NCBI RefSeq assembly: GCF_009914755.1
Contig: NC_060947.1
DNA: 64,000 nt
Reading direction: 5' to 3' (one strand)
Source of the DNA: the human T2T-CHM13v2.0 reference genome, Homo sapiens
Within the stretch, counting starts at the first letter, position 1. Every line of letters starts with the position of its first letter. The position numbers and the translations under genes are program-made. Below are positions 1 through 9,560 of this stretch, in pieces. The notes under the pieces were generated by a model. That model was not told the origin of the DNA. It did not search any database and saw nothing but the letters and a program-made list of their open reading frames with translations.

Positions 1-305
1 TGCTGAATCTCAATTATCTTTGTTCCTATCCATATACTGAATTCTGTTTCTGTAATTTCAGCCAACTCAGCCCAGGTAAGATTCCTTGCTGGAGAACTAG
101 TGTGATTGTTTGGAGGGCATAAGACATTCTGGCCATTTGAGTGACTGTAGCTCTTGCACTGGTTCTTTCTTATTTCTGCTTGTGGGTGTTCTTTTAACTG
201 CAGTGTAAATTGAGTGCAGCTAATAGACATCTGGATGTTTTCATTTGGCTGAGGCTTTGTGCAGGGTCTTTGTTTGAAGCTGATTTCTTGTCTCTAGTTT
301 CACAG

Positions 306-328
306 GTTGGCGTGTTGGCGTGTTGGCG
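306..328. repeat. 8-bp tandem repeat (GTTGGCGT) x ~2.9
   Basis: Read directly: gttggcgt gttggcgt gttggcg. Confidence 0.9.
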
Positions 329-407
329 AGGTTCTTTTTGTGTTGAAGCTTTGGGATCCACTAGGTGGCACTTAGGCTTAGTGTTCAGTTGGTAGGCTCT
401 TGCTCAG

Positions 408-2212
408 TGATATGGTTTGGCTGTGCCCCCACCCAAATCTCATCTTGAGTTCCCATGTGTTCTGGGAACTCAAGAACTTCCATGTGTTGTGAGAACTGCC
501 AGGCTGAGGTGGTTTCAGATGGCGATGAGGAACCTGTTGGGAACAGGAGCAAAGGTGACTCTTGTTATGTTTTAGCAAAGAGATCGGCAGCATTTTGTCC
601 CTGCCCTAGAAATTTGTGGAGCTTTTAACTTGAGAGAGATGATTTAAGGTATCTGGTGGGAGAAATTTCTAGGCAGCAAAGCATTCAAGAGGTAACTTGG
701 GTGCTGTAAATGGCATTCAATTTTAAAAGGGAAACACAGCATTAAATTTCAGAAAATTTACAGCCTGACAATGTGATAGAAAAGAAAATTCCCATTTTCT
801 GAAAAGAAATTCAAGCTGGCTTTAGAAATTTGCATAAGTAAGGAGGAACCAACTGTTAATCACCAAGACAATGGGGAAAATGTTTTCAGGGCATGTCAGA
901 GACCTTTGCAGCAGCCCTTCCCATCACAAGTCTGGAGGCCTAGGAGGAAAAAATGGTTTCATGGACTGGGCCCAGGGCCCCCCTGCTCTGTGCAATCTAG
1001 GGACTTGGTGCTCAGAATCCTGGAGACTCCAGCCATGGCTAAAATGGACCAAGGTACAGCTAGGGCTGTTGTTTCAGAGGGTGCAAGCCCTAAGCCTTGG
1101 CTGCTTCCACGTGGTGTTGAGCCTGCAAGTGCACAGAAGTCAAGAATTGGGGTTTGGGAACCTCCACCCGGATTTCAGAGGATGTATGGAAATTCCTGGA
1201 TGTCCAGAAAAATGTTTGCTTCAGGGGATGGAGAACCTCTGCTGGGGCAGTCCAGGAGGAAAATGTGGGTTGGAAGCCCCCACACAGAGTCCCTACTGGG
1301 GCACTGCCTAGTGGAGCTGTGAGAAGAGGGCCACCATCCTCCAGATCCCAGAATGGTAGATCCACTGACAGCTTGTATCGTGTGCCTGGAAAAGCTGCAG
1401 ACACTCAATGCCAGCAAGTGAGAGTAGCTGGGAGGGAGGCTGTACCCTGCAGTCTCACAGGGGTAGAGCTGCCCAAGACCATAGGAACACACCTCTTGCA
1501 TCAGCATGACCTGGATGTGAGATATGGAGTCAAGGGAGATCATTTTGGAGCTTTAAGATCTGACTGCCCCACTAGATTTTGGATTTGCTTGGGGCCTGTA
1601 GCCCTTTTGTTTTGTCCAATTTTTCCCATTTGGAATGGTTGTATTTACCCAATGCCCATACCCTCATTGTATCTAGGAAGTAACTAACTTGCTTGTGATT
1701 TTACAAGCTCATAGGTGAAAGGGACTTGCCTTGTCTCAAATGAGATGTTGGACTGTGGACTTTTGAGTTAATGCAGAAATGAGCTAAGACTTTGGGGGAC
1801 TGTTGGGAAGGCATGATTTGTTTTGAAATGTGAGGACATAAGATTTGGGAGAGGCCGGGGGTGGAATGATATGGCTTGGCTGTGTCCCCACCAAACTCTC
1901 ATGTTGAGTTCCCACATGTTGTGGGAGGGATCTGCTGGGAGGTAATTGAATCATGGGGGCAGGTCTTTCCCATGCTGTTTTCACAATAATGAATAAGTTT
2001 CATGAGAGCTTATGGTTTTATAAGGGGTAGCATCCCTGCACAAGCTCTCTTTTTGCCTGCTGCCATCCCTGTAAGATGTGACTTGCTCCTCCTTGCCTTC
2101 TGCCATGATTGTGAGGCCTCCCCAGCCACATGGAACTGTGGGTCCATTAAGCCTAATTTTCTTCCCAGTCTTGGGTATTTCTTTATCAGCAGTGTAAGAA
2201 CAGACTAATGCA
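408..2212 (+). mobile_element. THE1 (B/C-like) MaLR provirus; most of the 5' LTR and the start of the internal region are deleted
   Basis: TGATATGGTTTGGCTGTG start at 408; THE1-int about 499-1866; polypurine tract, then 3' LTR 1867-2212; perfect 5-bp TSD CTCAG (403-407 / 2213-2217). Confidence 0.95.
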
Positions 2213-3697
2213 CTCAGTCATGTGGCTTTCCTATATTTCCTCACAGTTGCAGCTGTGCTCCTCTCAATGCTTTGAAAATGTGTACTTCTCTCTTATTTAA
2301 GTGCTGGCTGTAGTTTGTGGTGTGGCATTCCCAGGCTGCCCACGGCTACTCTGGGGCAATCTCAGGGTTTATGTTTCCTCTCCAGTTTGGAGGCAGAAAA
2401 GGAAGGGACCTTAGTAGTGGTTGCAGCCAAGGGTCTTTTGCTTTTCTCCTGGGGACTGCACTCCAGAGAGGTGTAGGAGAGCAATTGCTCAGTGCAGTCA
2501 GACCAGGATGGAGAATCTATGCTGTGGGCCTAAGCCAGGGGTTCTCTGCCTGGTAACTAGCTGTGGTGGTTGGGGGATGGGTCAGACCAGTGGGAGATGC
2601 ACTGGTCTCCTCTCCTTGTGTAAAATGCAGCTTGTTGGAGGTGAGGATAAGGCACTTACAGTCTTTGCTCTTTCGTTAATCTGAGGGTAGCAAGGGCAGC
2701 TTCACTGCAGAGGCAGTGGCAAAGAGGCTTTTAGTTGTCACTGGAGCTCCACCTCTGAGGAACATGGAGCTGCTGCTACTGGGAGTGTTAAGCTAGTGGG
2801 GTGGGGTGGCTGTACTACTGGCGTGAGCTTGGGGTTCCACTTGTTGGGGAGCAGGGGGTCAAAGTGTCACAGGAAGGAGAGATTGATCGTCTCTCTGTAT
2901 GATGGCTGTGGCATGCTGTAAGCTTGGATGTACCCTTCAGGCCCTTTGTTTCTTTCCCAGACCAAAGATGACAGGAATAGAACTGTTGCTGTAGCAATGG
3001 CAGAGGGGCTGTCCTGTGCCTCTTTGAGCCTCTCCCTAAGGGAACTCTGGGTCACTAACAGTGGGTATGCTCAGCTGTGGGTGGGGTGACTTTTGTACAT
3101 TCATGAGCCAGGGGCCTGTCTGGTGAAGGGGAGGGGTGGGAGTTTGCAGAGAAGAGGGCCTGGGCTTCTGTCTGTATGGTGGATGCAGTGCGCTGAAGGT
3201 GCTGGCGTAGTGACTAGGCCCTTTGCTCCTTCCCCAGCCTGATGACTTTTAGGACTGCACCACTGTAACTGTAGTGGCAGAAGGTAGAGGGGTTGTGGGT
3301 TGACTCTGAGATTTCCTCCTTGGAGAAATGCTGCACTGCTTCTGATTGTGGTGATCTGGCAAGGGTAGTGTGGTTGTGGTAGAGTCACAGTTCAGGTGGC
3401 TCTGCCCAGTGAGAAGTGAGGACCAGCATCTGTGTAGAGAACAGTTTGGCCACTTTCTTTTAGGTGGTTGCTCTGTGCTGGTGGTCTGGACCAGTCTCTG
3501 GTCCCCACAGACTCTGCCAAGCCACTTCCCTAGGTGGGGAGGTTCCTCTGGCTCTGTGTTACTCCTAGGTGCACCATCATTCTGCCTTGCTTTCTCCATT
3601 CTTCGTTCATCATTTTTTTTCCTTGATTAGTCCCAATGCATGTACCTGGATGTTTTAGTTGAAGGTGATGTATTTACTTGCCCCTTCTGTTCCTCTC

Positions 3698-4103
3698 TGA
3701 TATAGTTTGGATCTTTGTCCTCACACAAATCTCATGTTCAATTGTAATCCCCAGTTTTGGAGGTGGGACCTTGTGGGGGCTGACTGGATCATGAGAGCAG
3801 TTTCTTATGGTTTGACACCATCCCCCTTTGGTGCTGTCATCAAAATAGTGAGTTCTCATGAAATCTTGTTGTTTAAAAGTGTGTGGCACCTCCCCCATTC
3901 TGCCTTCTGCTCCTGCCATGTAAGACACCTTGCTCCACCTTTGCCTTCTGCCATGAGTAAAAGCTCCCTGAGGTCTCCCCAGAAGTAGATGCTGCCATGC
4001 TTCTTGTACAACCTGTGGAATGATTAATCACTTAAACCTCTTTCTTTATGAATTAACCAGTCTCAGGTATTTCTTTATAGCAGTGCGAGAGTTTAATAAT
4101 ACA
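3698..4103 (+). mobile_element. MSTA solo LTR
   Basis: TGATATAGTTTGGAT...TAATACA termini, MSTA-type body, perfect TSD CTCTC (3693-3697 / 4104-4108). Confidence 0.9.
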
Positions 4104-4734
4104 CTCTCTGTGACAGCGGCAGACACTAGCTGCTTCTAGTCAGCCATCTTGGCCACCCCCCAAGTTTTCCATTTTTCAATGTTAGCATTTTTAACACTAT
4201 TGGTAGAGTTTTTTTGACATTCTCTTATAGTCTGATGTTTTGAGGCATTTTTTCATTTAAAGTCTGAATCTCTTCTGTAATAAGTTATCATTAATACATA
4301 TCATACATAATGTGTGTGTGGGTTTTTTTTTTTTTTGGCTTTTTCACATGCATTGTCTACTTGTAGTCCCTGGTTCTTTCAGTGTGTGAGTTTGTATCTT
4401 AACGATGTAACAAAAACAAAACACAAATATCCATAAGTATACATAATCAAGCCCAGCAACGGCTTTTGCTAATATTTTTGAGATTTTCCTCCAGACAGTG
4501 TTGTTCCAGCAATACTGACAAAAAATAGTTACAGCTATTCTGAGATTTAACCTCTATCTATCTCTATTTCATTACAAAAATGAGAGCAACAGTCTATGAC
4601 TAACTTCCTACTTTATTAAATATTTCTTACATATTTCATCGAGTTTCTGTCACTAATATATCTGAGTTGTCAAAATAAATAGATGATTTCTAAGGAAGAG
4701 TGATAATAATTATAAGCAGATGGAAAGGCAAATA

Positions 4735-4865
4735 ATAACAACAATAATGATAATTGTTGTTATTATAAAAACATATGTAGGGTTTACTGGTTGTTAGTTA
4801 TTCTTCTAAGAGCTTCTCCTATTCAATTTTTTATCACTATGAGAACTCTATTAGATAGGTGCTTG
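4735..4865 (-). mobile_element. Degraded MIR fragment
   Basis: Weak similarity to the antisense MIR 3' part (...ttctaagagcttc...aactctattagataggtgc). Confidence 0.4.
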
Positions 4866-4899
4866 GTATGTAAAAGCTGTGAAGGAACAGCAGCCAAGA

Positions 4900-5600
4900 C
4901 TTTTTTCCTATGTAAGGTAGGGTGTGGGGGTCAGAATTGAAAACTCCACATAAAGTCTGATCTATGAATTACTATGTTCAACTTTAATGAAAAGTTGCAC
5001 TACAAGAACTCTATTTGCCTGCAAAGAGAGATAACAGGAAACACTATTAGTCTCAGCCTTCCTCTGGGATAAAAAATATAGTTTTATACTGTTAATTCAT
5101 AATCAGGTGTCAGGTTCACATTTATACTACATCCAAGTTCTGGGAATCCCTAAAGAGAGACTTCAATGTAAAGTAGTCTGAAATAATAATGCCCCAAGAC
5201 ACCTATGAGAAGCAGTTGCACATACTCTCTGGTAAGGAGTATCTTCAAGCCAGGGTTTGCAATATTCTCACAGATGAAATTAAGTTTAATATGAGCAAAT
5301 AATTGAAAATTATAAAATATACAAGGAAAGATGCCTCCATAATTAAGAGTCAGCATAAATACCAATCCTCAAATTTAACACCTGAAGAAAATCAGCTATT
5401 GGAAAGATCAGATACATATAAATATGTTTAAAATGCTTAGAGAGTTCTAAAGGTGGACATCAAAATATGACACAAGGCCAGGATACAGTAAAATAAGAAA
5501 AGGTGCTGAAAGCACCACTCTAAATTACAAACTTTAAGAAGAGTAAAAATAAAATTCAAATGAAGAAGATACCAGAAAGACTGGAAGAAAAAAATATTAG
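4900..5600 (+). mobile_element. Very old LINE 5'/ORF1-like fragment (HAL1 or L1ME)
   Basis: A-rich sense strand with motifs recalled from HAL1/L1ME (e.g. aaaatatacaaggaaag...gagtcagca); highly degraded. Confidence 0.35.
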
Positions 5601-5710
5601 TAAACGTTGATTCTCTATACCAGAGGTAAGTAAACCACGTCCCACAGACCAAATCTAGCCCACAACTTGTTTTTGTAAATTAAGTTCTATTGGGTCACAG
5701 CCATGGTCAT

Positions 5711-6275
5711 TGTGATGGTTAATACTATATAAGCATGGCATGCTAACCAGTTGTGCCACTGGAACTCCAATGGTTAATATTATGTGTCAATTTGACAAGG
5801 CCACGGTGTGTCTAGTTATTTAGTCAAACATAATTATGGGTGTGTCTGTGAGGATGTTTCTGGATGAAATTAACATTTGAATCAAATGGTAGAATGAGTA
5901 GAGGAGATTGCTCTCCCTAATGTGGGTGGGCCTCATCTAATCATTTCAAAGCCTGAGTAGAACAAAGAGGGGGATCCTCTTCAAGTAAAAGGAAACTCCT
6001 CCTGTTTCACTGCCTTTGAACCAGGAAATTGGTTTCTTCCTAACTTACTCAAACACTGGCTTTGTTTGGGTCTCAAAACTGTCAGCTTTCAGACTAGAAC
6101 TATACCATTGGCTGTTCTGAATCCTTAGTTGTTGACTACAGATCTTGAGACTTGCCAGCTTCCATAATTGTGTTAGCCTATTTTTAATATAAATACACAC
6201 ACGCTCATGCACACACACACATACGCATACCCCATTTTATTGGTTCTGTTTCTATGAAGAAACCTAACTAATGCA
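5711..6275 (+). mobile_element. MLT2 (B/C/D-type, ERVL) solo LTR
   Basis: TGTGATGGTTAAT...TATGTGTCAA start; (CA)n then TTGGTTCTGTTTCT...CTAATGCA end; TSD gtcat/ctcat (5706-5710 / 6276-6280). Confidence 0.9.
5728..5769 (-). pseudogene. Tailless retropseudogene of the tRNA-Ile(UAU) 5' exon (non-functional fragment)
   Basis: Minus strand 5765-5728 reads GTTCCAGTGGCACAACTGGTTAGCATGCCATGCTTATA, versus the recalled tRNA-Ile-TAT 5' exon GCTCCAGTGGCGCAATCGGTTAGCGCGCGGTACTTATA (29/38 identical, several CpG transitions). Flanked by ATGGTTAATA(C/T)TAT at 5715-5728 and 5770-5783. Confidence 0.8.
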
Positions 6276-6799
6276 CTCATTCATTCTTGTATTGTTTATG
6301 GCTGATTTTGTACTACAATAGAGCTGAGCAATTGTAACAGAGATTGCGTGGTTCACAAAACTGAAAATGTTTACTATTTGGCCCTTTTGAAAATAAGTTT
6401 TGTGACCTCTAATTTAAACTAATATGGACTGCAAAAGATGGTAATGATAAAGGTGATAAAATGACAGTGACAATAACAACAACTAATATTAAGGATATGA
6501 AAACAAGGTTAAATTAAATTGTTGGTCAACAATAATATTGAGAATGGAAGAAGTTATCAATGTATTTTAAGACCCTTCTATTGATTGAGAGAAGGGAAGA
6601 GGTATTAATTAAAATTAGAATTCATTAAATCAATGATATATATTACCATTATAAGGATAATCATGAAATAATTAGGATGCCTGATGTGAAAAAGCTAAAG
6701 GGAAAATTAAAAATAACAATTTTAAAACATTTAAACAATAAAAATGTTTAATAAAATTGGACACTTCATCTCAATTATATGGTCAGTAGAAGTTAAAGC

Positions 6800-9453
6800 A
6801 CAATAACTGTAACTATGAATAATTTTATGTCAAAAATTCTAAAGGAATAAGACAAAATTGACTATTTTATATAAAAATATAACTTCAAAACAGGATCAAC
6901 ACAAACACAGAAATCCTGACTAGATTTATAATCATTAAAGAAATCATATTAGTATTTAACATTCTTTCCTAATCAACCCACTGCCACACAAGTAAATAGC
7001 CCAGACTTTCACACATTAATTCTAGCAAATATTGGAATAATACATAAATCCAAATGTTGAAAAACTTACCGAATATTACAAAAACAGAGAATTCTTCCCA
7101 ACTCATTTTTTGAGGCTAGTATGTTCTTGACACTGAAACCAGATAAAGAAATTTTGAGGCAGGAGTTATTGGCTAATCTCACTTTGAATATAGATGTAAA
7201 AATTGAACAAATATAAGCAGTCAAATACAGAGCATGTATTAGAAAAAATCACAACCAAATTGTCTATCTTATTAATGCAGGGTTGATTTAACATATCAAA
7301 ATCCACTTATATAATTAACCATATTAATGGATTAATGGAGAAAAACTTGTGATTACCTCATTAGATGCAGAGAAAAATCATTTGACAAAATTTGCCATGT
7401 TTAATTAGTAAATTGAATAGAGGAAAACACTGCCTTATTCTCATAAAAAGTATTGATCTAAAACTCTAGTAAATATGCTTAATAGTATGATGTTAAAAGC
7501 TTTCAATGTATAATAAAAAAAGTGAGACAAGGATTCCTGCTATCACCACTTTCCATCAACATTATAATTAACATCTCCAGCTAAGTCAGTAACATGATCA
7601 AGTATAAGAAAGGAAGAAACAAAGTGTTCATTTCCACAGTCACGAAGATTGCACACATACAAAATCCAAGAGAATTTATAAATAAATTATTAGAATTAAT
7701 AAAAGTTTATAGAAAGGTCTGTGAGTATAAGATCAATATTCTGAAACCCGTTGCAATCCTAATTACTAGGAACAAATAAAGTGAAATATTTAAGCAGGAT
7801 GCCTCTTAAAATGATATTAAATATTAGGTACCTAGAAATAAATTCAACAGATAATGCAAGTCATTTAAAAAAGGTAATTTGAAAACTCATTTGAAAGAGA
7901 TTAAAGAAAATCTAAATGGTTGCAGAGAAACTCCATGTCCATGGTTTGGAAGAATTAGTGTCATAAAGATGACAAGTTGTCTTACATTATTCTATAAATT
8001 TAATTCAATTAAATTCTAATAAAAATCTTAACAATGTTGTTTTGCAGAAATAACAAATTTATTCTAAAATTTATATAATGTATTAGCCAAGATGCTCCAG
8101 AGAAGCAGAACCAACAGAAAAGAATAATACACACACACACACATACACTCACATGTGTGTAAATATGTGTGTGTAAATATATATACACATCCACATACAC
8201 ACTTACACACACACACAGATTTATCATAAGAATTGACTCACATGATTATGAAGGTCAAGAAGTTCCACAACTGTCATCTTCAAGCTGGAGAACTAGAAAA
8301 ACCAGTCATGTAATTCAATCCAAAATCCTGAGAACCAGGGGAGCTCATTGTGTAAGTCTCAGTTGGAGTCTGAATGCCTGGAACCAGGAGGACTGATGTC
8401 TAAGGGAAGGAGAAGATGGAGGACTGATGTGTAAGGGAAGGAGAAGGTGGATGCCTCAACTCAAACGTAAGCAAATTGGCTATTCCTCCACCTTTCTGTT
8501 CTTGTACAGTGTTCAACGAATTGGATGATACCCACTAACATTTTCCAGAAACACTCTCACAGACACATCCGGAAATAATATTCTACAAGCTATCTGAGTG
8601 TCTCTTAGCCTAGTCATGTCGACACCTAAAATTAATCAACAGTATAGAAATACAAAGTGCTAAGAATAGGTGCAACACACTTAAAGAAGAAAAAAGTGGA
8701 GGAATTTTCCTAATAGATATGAAAATACCATCAAGTTATGGTCATTACACCAGTATGATGTTGTTTCAGAGATGGGCAAATAAACTACTAGAACAAGAGA
8801 AAGCCCAGAAATATATGTGCATTAATAGAAACTTTATATAAAAACTTTTAAATAAGTTGCGGTTGGAATATGGATAGCTATATAAAAAATGTAATAAGTC
8901 CTTACATCAAATTGTACACAAAAATAATTTTAATTGATTTTAGACATAAATATAAAAAACAAAACTTTAGAACTTTTAAAATATAGAAATATACACATAT
9001 ATATTACTTTGCATAGAGAAATATTTCTGTAAAAAGACACAAGAAGCTCATCTTTACAACCTTACAAAATACATTGATTATTTGAACAAAATTAAACAGG
9101 CAAATAAAAAACGCTGAGCAGAATTTTAAAATCATAAACAAAGGAAAATGCAGACTAAGAGAAAATATTTGCAAACCATTTACCTGACAACAAACTAATA
9201 TCTAAAATTCCAAATATAGAAATAATTACAAATAGATGAATATATAATTCACAAAAAAATAACTAAATGGTGCATAGTATATGAAACTCTACTGAACCTC
9301 ACTAGTATTCGAGAAATGCAAACTAAATTCTGGGAATTTACCATTTTGCATTTACTGAAATTGAAAAATTTAAGTCTGACCATCAAGAAATTGAACTTTG
9401 AGAACATGAATGTAGATACAGTCCATCTGGAAAATAATTTGGCATAATGTGAT
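6800..9453 (+). mobile_element. Old L1ME-type ORF2 fragment (segment A), interrupted by MLT2
   Basis: Degraded ORF2 motifs (cttcccaactcattttttgaggctagtat; ttagatgcagagaaaaatcatttgacaaaatt; ccatgtccatggtttggaagaatt); ends ggaaaataatttggcataatgtgat. Confidence 0.8.
8079..8641 (-). mobile_element. MLT2B/C solo LTR with a CA-rich tract and an internal 31-bp tandem duplication (8387-8448)
   Basis: Antisense MLT2 termini TGTATTAG...CTCCAGAGAAGCAGAACCAA and ...GACACCTAAAATTAATCAACA. Confidence 0.85.
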
Positions 9454-9560
9454 TTTTTAAATTTATATATTTTTTATTTGCTTTAGTTTTTAATTTTTAA
9501 TTTTTTTGGGTATATAGTAGGTGTATATATTTATGGGGTAAACAGGTGTTTTCATTACAG
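9454..9560 (-). mobile_element. L1MA1-3 3' end and poly(A) tail (element #1)
   Basis: T-rich tail followed by GGGTATATAGTAGGTGTATATATTTATGGGGTA, the antisense L1MA 3' terminus. Confidence 0.85.

Larger units (their letters stand above)
1..4161 (-). mobile_element. L1 5' UTR plus start of ORF1 (early-primate L1PA15-16/L1PB-like), running off the left edge; interrupted by THE1 and MSTA
   Basis: The right end AGTCAGCCATCTTGGCCACCCCCC is the reverse complement of an L1 start with the YY1 motif (CCAAGATGGCTGACTAGAAGCAGCTAG). Positions 1-200 resemble antisense ORF1. The sequence resumes across both LTR insertions. Confidence 0.8.
5621..6411 (+). mobile_element. MER58A hAT-Charlie DNA transposon, split by an MLT2 LTR
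   Basis: The 5' part cagaggtaagtaaac...ttgtaaattaagttctattgg...cagcca (5621-5710) and the 3' part tattgtttatggctg...tttactatttggccctt...gacctcta (6276-6411) are collinear with the MER58A consensus. Confidence 0.85.

Noticed and set aside
70-82. CAG|GTAAGA donor-like site
   Set aside because: It lies inside antisense L1 with no supporting exon structure.
871-1687. Overlapping 100-177 aa ORFs (also 39492-40918 and 62979-63819)
   Set aside because: All lie in THE1/MaLR internal sequence. They are frameshifted remnants of the MaLR ORF or chance frames and recur in each provirus.
5728-5765. Functional tRNA gene
   Set aside because: Only the 5' exon is present; there is no B box, T arm or 3' acceptor strand, so it is kept as a pseudogene fragment.
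8387-8448. Short direct repeats (here, 23476-23523, 47113-47185) as a possible CRISPR-like array
   Set aside because: Two-unit tandem duplications with no spacers, in eukaryotic repeat or AT-rich DNA.
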